From positions 5,704,001 to 5,768,000 of the forward strand of contig OZ234494.1 of the NCBI GenBank assembly GCA_965153455.1: a stretch of DNA of 64,000 nucleotides, read 5' to 3'. Every line of letters begins with the position of its first letter. Within the stretch, counting starts at the first letter, position 1. The notes under the pieces are model-generated. The model worked only from the letters and a program-made list of their open reading frames with translations. It was not told the origin of the DNA and ran no database searches. The stretch is from Sphagnum compactum (Eukaryota). Made by a program: the position numbers and the translations under genes. This document shows positions 1 to 12,812 of the stretch, piece after piece.

Positions 1-1489
1 CTGTACAAAGAAGAATCAGAAGAGGTTTGAACCAATAAGGAAGCATGAGTCCTCTTCTATACAAACAAAAGAACTTTGGCCTTCCACTCACTAAATACAT
101 GGCCAACATCAAGACCGAGAACAGAAGGAGAAAACTCAGCATTCTACTATGATTGACATTGTAAATAACATAAATTACCCCCTTATCTGAAAACGGACAG
201 AGGCTAGTTGAAGAATTAAGGTGTTATTGCCTAAGCCTTCTATCATAGTTGAGAGACTTAATGTTGAAGACAGACAAATGAGTATTGGCAATTACCTTTT
301 TAACTGGGCCCCATTTTATGTTTCCATTTCCAAATTTATGGAGCTTATGTGCTGTAACATGTAAACCCACAAGACAATACTAGATGTTCTACAAGTGGCT
401 ATCTCTAATGTGCAGTTTAAGAGCCAGTAAGCACATATCAGTTCTCCTGTAACAAACGGGGCATTTGGACCGTAAAACAAGCACGCAATCCCTAAAGAAA
501 AAAGTGATTTGCAAACTCATCAGGGAGACAATTCTAGGATCATTAATTATACTTCTTCACATTCTTCAGGCACAAAAGCCCACAGAGCATCACATCTCTT
601 TACAGTGTGGCTTGTGCAGTTGGAACACAATCTTGACAATAATACATCTACAGTCAAGACCAATGTCACTGCTTCTTGAGGAATCTTGGAGGGGGATAAA
701 ATGCAGCATTCAGTTTAGATATGATGTCAGAAGAGAAAGAAGAGAAGAAAGTTCTGTTTGTCTCTGTTTGTGTTATATCAAACTAGATGGTGAATGCAAA
801 ACAGGTGTGCACCAAGTCCACAGATGATAAGGAAGAGAGTGGTTGATCAGATCACTAGCAAAATAAGCCATCTGTCAAGAATAAACCAAAAAAAAGATCT
901 CTGAAAATCTTTAAGGAATCTGTAAGGAAACAATACACTACTGCAGCAAAAACATGACGTTTGGATGATTGGATTGTTGGAAAAAATAATCATTCACACA
1001 TGAGATTGCATCAAAAAACACAAAATCACACACACCAGACTGCAGGAAAACACAAAATTGCACACCAGAAAAAAAAATCACATACCAGGCTACCAAAATC
1101 AGACACCAAAATTGCAGCAAAAGACACAAAATCACATAGTACCAGATTGCAGAAAAAAACACACAGCAGACATAGAGGGAGGGAGCTCGGGGCACAGAGT
1201 CAGGCTGAGTCACAAAGCCTGTGGGGGGGAGTCTTTTTTAATGTTTGTTAACATTTTACCAGAATTTGTTTGTCTGTTTTGTTGTAGATCTTGCCTACAT
1301 GTTTTTATTCTGCTTTAGTTTCATTTGCTAGAATAAACTTCAACTCAATACGGACTAGCAAGGCTCATATAGGACCAGTCAGAAATTTCACAGATATTGT
1401 GCCTTCAATAATGTTGTTACTTTTAGTATCTTTGACATCAAAATGTACCTCAGAAACAATATTTGATGGGGGGGGAGGGGTACATTACA

Positions 1490-2407
1490 TTTGGTGTGGG
1501 GGTCCGTTTGCTAGGTGCCTTATTCTGTTCCTTCATAACTGAAGATGCAACTGGCAGCTCAGAACCTTCTGACTCCTCTGCTTCTGAGTTGTAGTCGCTG
1601 CTACATGAAGTGTCGCGTTCACTAGATGCTGCTGATGTCGACGACCCTTCCTCTTCCACCACATGACGATGTGGTTTTCCAGCATTCCTAGTGCTCCTCC
1701 TCTTGCTTTGGTGTCCAAGTGTTCTCCCATCCACCACCTTTTGGGTGGACTTCTTATTTGTCTTCTTCCTCCCTTGCATGGTTGCTGAGTCCATGAAGTG
1801 ACGACTGCCAAGTGACCGAGTGTTTCCAAAATACAGCAAAGGAGTAATTAGTTTGGACTAAGACTGTCTCAATAAGCACATGACCACTAACTAGCATACA
1901 AACCTAATTTTAAGCTATGCATGTAGTAAATGATCACCAGGAACCCTATTTCATGGTAGCACCGAACACATCGATTTCAAACCCTAAACCCTAACCCCAT
2001 GAAAAATTTAGAATAGATTGGAATTTGGAGAGTAGCTACAATCTAACACTAGAACAAAGATTATTGAAGCGTGTTCAAACTATTTGCGTATACACAAAAC
2101 TCACGCACGTAGTCGGACTTCCAAACTCTTTCATACAGTGCAGGCAATGGAGATTGCACGATCCATTACTGAATTCTGTATGGTCCTCTCCATTTATGCA
2201 TGTGAAGACAAGTCTAAGAAGAATTCACAATTCTTGTGCGCTTCCTTCAACTTCTGCAAGTCATTGTTTGAGTTGAGCAACGCGCCTGTTACGTGTTAAA
2301 ATGTAGGGGTTTAGCGTTGTTTCTTCGGGATCAGCATCCACCGTTCCTGAATCGTGACCCAAGGTACCATCAACATCACTGATGACTGCATTTTCGTCAC
2401 GCTCCAT
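1490..2407 (-). pseudogene. Decayed two-exon ORF of unknown, possibly TE-derived, low-complexity protein
   Basis: Minus frame from 2407 reads MERDENAVISDVDG...LNPYILTRNRRVAQLKQ*LAEVEGSAQE with one stop, then a GT donor near 2228. An acceptor (cacttggcag) near 1806 leads into ORF 1450-1839 (MDSATMQGRKK...SEAEESEGSE). No family recognised. Confidence 0.35.
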
Positions 2408-3097
2408 CTGTACCTCACTCAAACAACTAGCCTTATGTTGGTCTTGCCTTAGAAATGCTAATTGTTATGGTATGCCACAAGCCTCCCCAATGCTTCTACT
2501 CTTCCAAGTCTAGAAAAGTTGGTTTTCTTAGAAAGCCTGACAACCTTTGCAGTTTGAACTTGAACATGTTGAGCCCACACACAAGCATTTAGTAGCTGCA
2601 AATTCCCCAGTGTAGTACAAACCCTCATTTATTATGGGGTACCTTTTAGAAAGTTGCAACCAGTTTTATTTCTTTACAAGGGTGTGAATAGGAGCCTAAC
2701 AAGGAGCATGTTTTGCACATTAGGATGATACTTCTGATTTTTCAGTCTGTAAAGTTCATGCAGTTTGTAGCAGTTTGTAGTTCATCAGTATATGAAATGT
2801 GTGAGTTTAGAGCTAGTTCAAAAATCAATACTTGGCAAATAAATTGGAGAAACAGACCGGTTCCGGCAAATGACAAGGATGATTTCAAAGAGCAGTAGTA
2901 GCCACCCACCCATGGTGAAAGTTTCTTTCATCTTCCCTTTTAAATTTTGTTTCCCTGCATTATACTCTTGCACCTGCACATCTTCAAATGCAATCCTTTG
3001 AAAGTTTCTGCAAGAAAGTGCATATGCGCATAACACTTCATCATGATATGTGCATGTGATGTTCCGGTTTGCTCAGCTCTACATACTATTTTCAATA

Positions 3098-3210
3098 CAT
3101 GAGCTCCTGATGGTCACATTTTCTTGTTTGCAGTTTTCAGTACATGAGCTCCTGATGGTCACATTTTCTTGTTTGTAGTTTTCAATATCTGAGCTCCTGA
3201 TGGTCACATC
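3098..3210. repeat. ~2.5 copies of a 45-bp tandem repeat (catgagctcctgatggtcacattttcttgtttgcagttttcagta)
   Basis: Directly visible. On the minus strand it encodes ENCKQENVTIRSSCT-like 15-aa units, in the same frame as ORFs 3400-3582 and 2818-3036. Confidence 0.85.
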
Positions 3211-3629
3211 CTTCTTTGCTACATTATGGCATCTTGTTGCACAAATAATTGCATTAGCAATTCAGCCTTTGTGTCAACTCAAATTTTGATTGTATGGTCC
3301 TCAATGAAGAGCAATATTGATTGTACAAAAAGGAGCTTCTGTGTACAGGTTGACAGACACTATGTGAATGACATTTTCACAGCAAGCTTGAATTACTCAT
3401 CAGAGAGAAAGCAAGAGAGAAGTCTTGTGAGTTGGTCTATGGCAAAGCAGAAGATGTCCTTTGACTTTGTTCTGAAATTTGTTTGGAAGTTCTGCTTCAC
3501 AATATGTTCCACTGAAGTCTCTTGGTACAGCAAACTTTCCCAAATCCTTATTCCCATCTCTTTCTCTGCCTTTCTCCACCATGGTAGCTTTCGTAAACTT
3601 GGAGATTGTTTGGTTATATGAGAGAGGCT

Positions 3630-3958
3630 ACTACTTCTAACTGCTTCACGGGCTAATGATCTATGTGCTTCTGCATACTCCAATGATAAGGTTAAGCAAT
3701 TGTGGACCAATGTTGGGCATAAGTACAAACTGTTGCAATTCCTTGAATTCATGAATCATGAGGGCAGGTGATTACTTGCTGGCCAATAAATGATTTAAGC
3801 CCCTTGTTGGCATAAGGGTCCTCAAAGAGACCTGTTTCAAATTTGACCAGAAGAATTCTGGCAACAACATCATCACTCCGTGACACTGGGATGTTCCCGC
3901 TTTTGACCTCATATGTCAAGTTGCTGATGAACTGTTCATACATATAGGGCACCATTAC
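3630..3958 (-). pseudogene. Glycoside hydrolase family 3 (beta-D-glucan exohydrolase-like) gene fragment: one exon, one intron and the start of the next exon
   Basis: Exon 3958-3776 reads VMVPYMYEQFISNLTYEVKSGNIPVSRSDDVVARILLVKFETGLFEDPY..IGQQ, bounded by ttgcag and gtaatc. It is followed by AHRSLAREAVRS, matching the GH3 motif EHRELAREAVRKS, then homology stops. No other GH3 exons were seen. Confidence 0.85.
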
Positions 3959-5583
3959 CTGCAATCCACCAGAAATATCTATTAAATACTGCAGAACAAG
4001 CACTTAGGTGCAACATCAACTTCAAATAGTGGATGGAACACAGTAGGAGTCTTAGGTTTGCTGCAGGCTTCATGGGACCAGCAAAACAGAAAACATAGCC
4101 ACACACTAGTCTGGCAGCTGGGTCAGACCTCAGGCCCTTCTCAAGCCTTGCCAAACATTTCTACAACAATTCTATAAAGCAAGGGACATTACCTCAAAGC
4201 AGCAACCAACAATTGTCAAGGAAAATAAACTTTGCAGAAACACAAACCTCTACTTTTCCCAGCTATCACCCAATATCAAGGTATAATAAACTTTCAACTT
4301 TCAGCTGAAAGCATGCCTATTTCTCTTTGTTAAAACAGATATTGCTTGTGCCTTGTTGAAGGAAGGTTTAGAACAAGTAGGGTAGCGTGTGCAGCCAAAA
4401 AAAGTAGCCTGAGCCAAACCTGCTCAGCTTCATGAATACCCTTCCTTCTTTACAACTGCATTTCAGGACCAGGGAGGCAAAAAAAAGGTTGATTAGATTG
4501 TTCAGCATGGATTCACAGTATTTGAAGGGGCTCTCAAAGTATTGTAATGCATTTAACTAAGTCAAAAGCTCTCCAATTTTCATAAACAGTAGTCAATTAG
4601 AATGGCTGATTGTTGCCTCAAACCAAGAGTGCTACCAATTCAGTACTAAATTTCGTGCTTAATTCTAAAGATGGCAAATGAAGAAAATCCACTGAAATTT
4701 AGCTGTCGACATTTCAAATTTTCAAATTTGATAACATGACAGCAACCAATAGCGGCATGAACGAAGAACACCAAGCCTAAGAAATGAGAAAAACAAGACC
4801 AAAACCAAAACTGAGGAGCAGTTTGAACAACAATGGCTATTCATATGCATGTTCAAGTACCTTCAATAGCAACATGTATGGAATTGAACACCTACCAGAA
4901 CATCCCCATTGCCTTCATCAGCTCCTAGTAATAGGTGGAGGTTAAGGTCAAACGTTAGCCAGTGTACTAACATTCTATCAGAAGAAACGTTTGGCAGTAA
5001 TGGACTAACTCAGCCATCGTGCTGCATGGCTGAACAAAACCTAAAAGAGAAGGGGAAAACCAAAAACCCAAGAAGAAAGCAAAGCTCAACAAAACCTGAA
5101 ACAGAAGAAGACCAAACAATCTAAGGAGAAGAGCTACATAACTTAAAATCCACACAGCTTGAGAGTCCAAATTTGCAGTTACTTAAAAGATGAGAAAAAT
5201 CTCTACAACTTCTCTTGCATGCAACTCCAAAAGGGAAATCGTGTAGTGGGAAATTTGAATAGTGTGCAAGGATATACCTCTCAACACTTCGTATCTCTTT
5301 AGGTCTTCACGAGGCCATAATACTTGCTCAATATATTCAAAGCACCTCCGTGAATTCACTACAGAACCTGCAAGTTGTTGAAGCCCACCATTTCTTCTCA
5401 GATATCCATCTATCTGTGCATGGTCCAAATGAAGAGACAGCTTCCCAACAGGACAACCCCAACACCCTATGCACAAGGGAAAATTGTGAACATGTCCCCC
5501 CATGTCCCCCCAAAAGAAAATAAAACCACCAATTGCCAATTGCACATATTGTTACCTCCTGCAGGAAGTTCATCATCAAACCA

Positions 5584-5683
5584 ACATGCTCCTGGCAGGA
5601 GCAATGAAGTGTCTTGACTCTTTGGAACACAAACCAAGTGAGCAGCGAGTCAAGACACTTCATTGCTCCTGGCAGGAGCGTGT
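5584..5683. repeat. Inverted repeat / hairpin with 33-bp arms (1 mismatch) and a 26-nt loop
   Basis: gctcctggcaggagcaatgaagtgtcttgactc (5588-5620) pairs with gagtcaagacacttcattgctcctggcaggagc (5647-5679). Confidence 0.9.
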
Positions 5684-6017
5684 GCGAGGGTTGTTGTAAC
5701 TGTGCTTCCAGTGTGTTCAGATAAAGCTACAAGAGTTGGTTCACCTGGTCCTCACTGAATGCAGTCTTGAAACTCTCAACCAAGTACCTAAGCAGCACAA
5801 TAATGTGCGATCTCACTACAAGATCCCCCCCCCACCACCACATGCACACAAAAGGGTTTAAGAAAAAACCACCCACTTTCTTCCAGGTATTGAAATTGGG
5901 CTCAGCTCATCATAACAATGGCAAATTATAAAGGAATCATCAGGGTGTTGTCTTATGTTCTCCACCTTCTTCTTCCAAAATGGAGCACAATCACTTTACA
6001 CAAAGTGGAAGACATAA

Positions 6018-6075
6018 AAGAGGAGGAAAATGAGGAGAAGGAGGAGGAGGAAGAAGAAGAAGAAGAAGAAGAAGA
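6018..6075. repeat. (GAG)n(GAA)n trinucleotide microsatellite
   Basis: Directly visible. Confidence 0.9.
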
Positions 6076-6774
6076 TACTGATGAAGTTACTGCAATGAAG
6101 AGGCTGAAAAAGCAGCAGACGTTACCTTTGATGATGATGAGAAAAACTCACCACAAGGAATACAAGAGTAGATCTGATTTTAATGAATTCATTGATTGAT
6201 TCACCATAGCAAGAGGACTGATGGGAACCTACATCATGAACATCATGTGTACATAGATCTTGAAAACAAGAAAAAAGGGTGAGAACTGTTTTCAAGCACA
6301 TGTTCCATGTGATTTTGCTTGCCGAAATTCAACAATCAGCACATTGGTAAGTCCCCAATCCACCGCGAAGTTGGGAGGCTGCTTCGAGTGCGAAATGCTC
6401 CATTCCAGCAGCACAGTAAGGGGCTTCAATGCTGTTGCTTGGACACCTTTGACATCATCTCTCCGGAAAATTCTTAGACAATGTTCCTGGCGAGCAAGAA
6501 GGCATATTAGACAGAGACAGACAGCCACCCACCCACCCATCAGCCACACTGTTAATAAACAAAAGCACCAAGAATTCTTCGTCTTCAGAACCCTACACCC
6601 TAAAACACAAAAACAAAAAAGAGCAAAAGAAGAAGAAGAAACGCACTTCATTCACTCACTCACCCCTCGGCACCATTTGAGCAGAGTTACTGATGCTACT
6701 CAGCCTCATTCATAGACAAGGTCATTCATGAACCCTAAACTGTATCTGATTTCACCCTAGCGTGTTCTTTACAT

Positions 6775-7896
6775 CTAGTTTGGAAATATCAGTTCCCCAC
6801 TTGTTGTCTCCTCTTCATTGTCTCCAGTTGCAGCAGGTGAGGTACCCAATAGAGTGTGGCTGGACTGTAAATCCACTGATTCACCTGAATCTTTCTTTGA
6901 AGCTGTCTTCATTGCCTGATATGCACAACTCTCTTGCATGCTTGGAGCATGTAATGTCTTCATACAAGAGTTCAAGTGGGTACCTTCGCCAGTAGGTAAG
7001 CTGGTTTTTTCTTCATCCAAATCATTGACCCCTTATGATCCTATTGTCTTAGCTAGTTCTTCCAGCTGTTCTATAGCATTACAGGTTCCATTTCGAGATA
7101 CTGGATAGTTCTCATAATCCAACTACTCTACCTCGTTATCTGAGGCAACAGAGAAAGGAAGAATTGGAACATTAAGATGCACATATTCACCCACACCATC
7201 AACTGTCACCAGCTCCTTTGCAGGGACCACAAAATTCTCCTGCATAGTTGGAGCATGACTTGGATTGAAATTCAGGGACACCTCAGTAGATGTGTCTCTA
7301 GAGCTCTCATCTTCTTGTTTCTCAGAAGTTTCCACTGGGTAATCCCCTGCATTGTCTAACATCTGTTTTGAAGCAACTGGGTGATTGGTGTCAGCTGCGG
7401 AGACCATAGTTTGTTCCTCACAAGGTCTCTGCTCCTTCTAGTTTACCTCAGTTTTAGATCTGTCATCCCCTGGCATCTCCAGATTCCTCTCAGGGAGGAG
7501 CCCCTCAGAGATGTCCAGTGTTCCCACTGACATAACTGTATCACAATTTTCAGCTTCAAGAGATGTACAAAGTTCATCAAGACAGTTCAGATGTAACCCT
7601 TGTCCTTCAATCTCTTCCAACTTTGGCTCTTCTGCAGGAAATGCAGGCTTATGCTGTAGAGTTGGAGCAGGTCTAGTTTCAAAAAGAGGGGACATGTGGG
7701 CAGCAGCAGCAGCTGATTCACCAGCTATGTCCTCTTCCTGCTTACGGAGATTGACTTCTCCCATGACAGGTATTGCAACTCTCTCATCTTCTGCTATATC
7801 AAATTTTCCATCGGACACATTGTTGGATCTATCTAATTCCTCAGCTGCCTCGGATGTATCATCATAGATCAAATGACCTCTGAGAGATGCAGGACC
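6775..7896 (-). pseudogene. Decayed large exon of an acidic, probably disordered host protein
   Basis: Acceptor ttgcag near 7897. ORFs 7438-7872, 7123-7407 and 6775-7020 share one frame, interrupted only by single stops (TAG, TAG, TAA) that are compatible with C>T change of Gln codons. Confidence 0.6.
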
Positions 7897-8020
7897 TGCA
7901 AGACCAACGCATCAACTAGCACAACATGAGGAACCCCTCTTGAAAGCCATTTCACATGCAAAACCTGTCCTTGGAATGTAGGTGACAGCCACATGTTGAA
8001 AATGGAAATAAAGGTATGAG

Positions 8021-11000
8021 ATGCACAGACCTGGTCCTGGGACCAATGTGGAGGTGTTGCCGTTGACGGTGGTGAATTTGTTGCAGAGGATGAATTCGGG
8101 AGATCTGGTGCAAGAGGCGTCGACCACCTGGAAAGACACACACGCCAATAGAGGTTCTGACTGGATGCCAGGACAGGATCAGACAATTGTGACCAAGGAA
8201 GACGATGCATACACCTCGGATTCTGATGCTGGTACTGATAGCAGTGAATATTATGATTCGGAGTCTAATCAGTTGAAGCAAAGTGATTGCGAGGATGAGT
8301 TTGGAGATGCTGAGTTGGAGGAATTGGTGAGCTCAGAAGGGCCACAAGAAATTCTGCGACTGGAGCTACAAGAGCAGGTTGATGGGTTCATGGCGGAAGA
8401 GGTCACAGATGCGGATGATTACGCAGACTGGATCATATGGGTGTCTGATGCAGAGCAGGGCAGACAGGCCATGTATGAATCCACGCATAATATACCTATT
8501 CCATTGCTGCTGCAGCAACCCAGCACCGACCACAATTCTCCAATTCCAGTGCTGTTGCAGACTGTCCGGGTGAAAGATGGTAACCCTGATTACAAACCCG
8601 CTGAGCAATTGGCATCGTTCAGCCATCAGGAAATGGACAATAGGTGGAGGGAGATCTGCCAGCGAATCAGGATAGACACCGGATTGGATGATGAAGAACA
8701 ACAACAAATCTGGGGAATTCTGGAGCGGTACCAAGATGTCTTTGCTTGGAACAAGGGAGAACTAGGCTGTTGCACCATTGGGGAGCATTGTATAGATACG
8801 CAAGGATTCCCACCTTGCAAAACATCTCCTGGTCGATTATCTTACTGGGAGGAGGCTAAAGTAAAAAGGCAAATAAATGTCCTAGTAAATTTGGGTAAGA
8901 TGAGGCCCAGCAACTCTGAGTATGCCTGTCGGGTGACTCTGCCAGTGAAGAAAGATGGGAGCAAGCGTTTCTGTGGAGACTATCGGCCACTGAACGCACA
9001 AACGCGTCGAGATTCATTTCTGATGCCACTCGTGGAGGATGTGATTGATCAGCTGGGAAACTGATCATGGTTCACTGCCTTAGACTTGCAGTCTGGTTTT
9101 TGGCAAATTCGGATGGCTCCAGAGGACATGAAGAAGACCGCTCTGATTACTAAGATTGGATTGTATGACTGGACAGTTATGCCATTCGGACTAAAGAACG
9201 CAATGAGTACGTTCACCCGAACTATGTCAGAGGTCTTTAAGGATTTGGGCAACAAGTTTCTGAAGGTATTCGTTGATGACCTCAATGTACACAGCAAGAG
9301 TTGGGGGCAGCATCTTCAACATCTAGATACAGTTCTCTGCAAACTCAGGGAAGTGAATCTTAAACTGAACCCAAACAAGTGTTGCTTTGCTGCTAAGACT
9401 ATTACATTTCTGGGCCATGTGGTAAGCAAGGAGGGCACTAGACCAGATCCTGGGAAAATCGAAGCAGTTCTGCATTTCCCAACACCGAAGACAGTCACAA
9501 GTGTCAAGTCGTTCTTAGGTCTGACAGGTTACTACCGAAAGTATATTCGAGGCTATTCAAGATTAGCAGGTCCTTTGTTTGAGTTAACAAGGAAGGACGT
9601 TGCATTTGTGTGGGATGTGGGCTGTCAACAGGCATACCAGGCGTTAAAGGCAGCGTTGGTGGGCGCGCCTGTGCTCACACGACCAGATTTCAAAAGAACA
9701 TTCTGGCTGGACGTAGACTGGTTGCCCAAGGGTGTTGGAGCTATATTGTCACAGAAAGAAGGGAGGTTTGAGAAGGTGGTAGCGTACGCCAGCAAGAGCC
9801 TGACAGAGGCACAGAGGAAGTTCCATCCCATGGAAGGGGAATGCTACGCGCTGATCTGGGGCGTCATGCATTTCAGGCAGTACTTGCACAGAAATCATTT
9901 TATTCTACGCACAGACCACAAGCCGCTGGAATGGTTGGCTACGGTGTCAAATGCGCATGGCAGGAGAGGAAGGTGGGTAGATATGTTACAGGATTTTAGC
10001 TTCAAGATAATACACCGACCAGGACTCAAGCATACAAATGTCGATGCTTTGAGTAGGAATCCAGTTGGACCAGCTGCTGATGACGATGACTTCAGCGAAG
10101 AGATACAAGACATTGCAGGCACTCAAACTGATGCACATACAGGCGAAGAGGAGTTTCTCTGTGTTCGGACAGGCAAGGAAACAGAATGGCTCGGTGTCAG
10201 GAGAAGGGATAGGGAGTTAATACAACACCGTACCTGTTGTTTCGGGATTAACCACTGTAGGTATGACGGCAGCCATCAGCTGTATGTAGTTGACGTTGTA
10301 TCAAGAGAAGAGCAGCCCAAGGAGGTTGTTTCAGGTGAAGCAGAAGCTGCAAATGGGGGTGAGCTTGTGCAGGACGATGGTGAGAGAATGGTGGTGAAGA
10401 GAAGGAGACCCCAGTACTTTGACAAGCGGCAGCAACTAGACCTGGTATTGGAGGCTCAGGAACTAGCTGAGTTTAGGGACCATGAGTTGAGTCCTACCGA
10501 ATCTGATGATGAGGAAGATCAGGAAGTGGATGCGAGGTGCATTGACATCTGGAAAGATGCAGTTTGTTTGGGATTATTGAAAGAAGGTGTACTGCCCGAT
10601 ACAGTAGACCTTGAGGGGAGCAAGAGGGCCAGAAAGAGGGTGAGCAATTACTGCTGGAAAGAGCAGAGGCTTTACTTCAAGGGGTTACTTGTGCCCAAGC
10701 TAGAGGAAAGGATATCCCTGGTGAGTCAAATGCATGAAAATCTGGGGCATTTCGGGGAACAAAGAACGTTGGCTGAGATCCGTCGAAGGTACTTCTGGCA
10801 TCATCGAACTGAAGATGTTAAGATGGTGGTCAGAAGGTGCCAACAATGCCAACTGGTGAGGAGCGAAGGTAGTATCCGCTCTAGGGATGAGCAATTGAAA
10901 AGCATTCCTATCTGTGACTTATTCCATAGAGTTGCATTGGACACTGCAGGACCATTGCCTGAAACTAAGTCAGGAAACAAATACATTTTGGTGGCCATTG

Positions 11001-11818
11001 ACCACTATTCCAAGTGGTGCGAGGCAAAGGCGGTTGCTGATCATAGTGCTAAGATTGCATCCAGATTCTTGGAAGACGACATCATCTGCAGGTATGGAGT
11101 ACCCAAATTCGTACTCACTGACAATGGTGGAGAATGGGCTGCAGAATTCGAGATGATGTGCAAGAACTACGGAATCCAGCATCAGCGCACTGCACCTATG
11201 TGGCCTCAATGCAATGGGATGGCGGAGCGCATAATCAAGACCATCAAGCATGGCATCACTGTTCTTGCTGCAACACCAGGCAATGTGGATTATTGGGACG
11301 AGCATCTGGCTAAGGTTCTATTTGGGTACCGATGTGGGATCTAGGCTAGTACAAGGTTTTCACCCTTCATGATTCTGACTGGTCGCACACCACGTCTCAG
11401 GGCAGACAATTACCTGCACGCTCTGACTGCTGAGATTGATGCTGCTGCGGATGTGGAGGTTGCTGCAGCACAATTTCTGCAGAAAATGGAGCTTATTACA
11501 AGCATCCACGAAAGCGTTTTGCTCAATGTGGAGCAAGCACAGAAGCAGCAAAGAAAGACTTATGCCACTCGGAAAGGTAAGCATCTATTTGAGGGACTGG
11601 TTGCAGGGGCGACGATGGTGAAGATGAAGAAACCAGGAAAGAGAAGGGCTTTATCTGCAAGCTGGGAGGGTCCATATCAGTTCATTGGGCATGCCGATGG
11701 GAAAGGAGACCTTGATTTAGAGGACGGCAGTCGGGAGTGCATCATTCAAGATGCTGATGGACACCAGTGGGAAAGGTCTCGGCGGGATCTCCAGATCTAT
11801 CACGTTCCACCAGACTGA
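8021..11818 (+). pseudogene. pol: Ty3/Gypsy pol (RT-RNase H-integrase), one frame with two in-frame stops, 5' truncated
   Basis: RT motifs DYRPLN, LDLQSGFWQI, MPFGLKNA, FVDD. RNase H motifs VAYASK, TDHKPL. Integrase HHCC (HENLGH..CQQC), DHYSKW, TDNG, NGMAER. Stops at 9062-9064 (TGA) and 11342-11344 (TAG) keep the frame. No gag, protease or 5' LTR seen. Confidence 0.95.
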
Positions 11819-11864
11819 GTGAAGCTGAGGGACTTAGCTTTTTAAAGAACGGAGGGGTTACATA

Positions 11865-12812
11865 TGTAACACGAAATTAGGTCGCCACGCCAGTGTGAAC
11901 ACTGTCTGATCTTGGGATTTAATTTTGCTTTATTAGCCGTCATTTTGCTGCGGCAGTCTTTCCATTACTTCTGCATGGAAGTGCATGGGAAGGTTTCTCT
12001 CTGGGTGTGTGTGAGATGTTGTACAGGAAGGAGGCGGTGCGAATGATGGTAAGGAGTGGAGCTGCATTGATGAGTCGAAGTGGAAAGCATGGCAGCGGCT
12101 GAGTGAGGGAGGAGGGAAGCTTGTGATGGAAGCTAGGAAGAAAGCGGAGAGGAAGAGGAGTTGCAGGTCTAGAAGGGTGGCTAGTTTTTTGCGAGAGATC
12201 GGCAGATCAGCACTGGAGATGAGAGGATAGGCGGATAGACAGAAAAAGAGCATTTTTTGAGGAAGAGCAGGCAGAGAAGCTTGGAGGATAGCTAGAGAGG
12301 TCTTAGATAGACTGAGAGGTCTGATTTTTGGAGAGCGTTTTGAGCTCGGGAGTTGTTTTTGGATCCTGGCTGATCATTGCTTAAGGAGGCCGAGATAGAG
12401 CTGAAGAGGTCAGATGAGCTTAGAAGAGTATAGACGTATCACTTTGTATATCTGTTTTTGTAGAGCACTTGGTTGTGTTGCTGAAACTTTCCGTTGCGCC
12501 AGCGACTTAGCTGAGTGGGATGCATGATTTTGATGAGCACACCAAAGTGGGGAAGCTTGTGCTGTCGGGGAGATTCTGTGAATTATGAGCTATGAATTTA
12601 AATCTCTGAAATTCTGTCTTGTTGTTTTGCATGAGTAGACATTGTGTCTGAGGAAGTTCAGTGAAGGGGCTTTTACATCGGTGATGTGTGCATCTCATTA
12701 GCTTTTAGTAGGACTAGAAGACAGAAGCTCTGGACTTAGATTAGCGCAATTGTCATGTTGTTTGTTTAATAGACGAACACCCATTCGTATTTCTGTCAGG
12801 GTGAACTCAACA
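11865..12812 (+). mobile_element. 3' LTR of the Gypsy element
   Basis: Polypurine tract aaagaacggagggg just before TGTAAC at 11865. A candidate end ...TCAACA at 12812 lies where composition drops to AT-rich. The right end is tentative because there is no second LTR to compare. Confidence 0.7.

Noticed and set aside
950-1250. Overlapping ORFs over aaaatcacac..ccag repeats
   Set aside because: An imperfect short-repeat tract, probably part of a small TE. No supported boundaries or protein.
1978-1997. aaaccctaaaccctaaccc telomere-like motif
   Set aside because: Only ~2 units. This is a common telo-box-type motif, not an interstitial telomere.
5918-6199. Poly-Glu ORF
   Set aside because: It is open mainly because of the GAG/GAA microsatellite, with no family support.
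9062-11344. Programmed readthrough or RNA editing of the two pol stops
   Set aside because: The stops fall within RT and integrase rather than at a gag-pol boundary and are explained by point mutation. The element is also truncated.
11933-12253. Antisense ORF in the Gypsy LTR
   Set aside because: Low-complexity translation of a purine-rich LTR strand.
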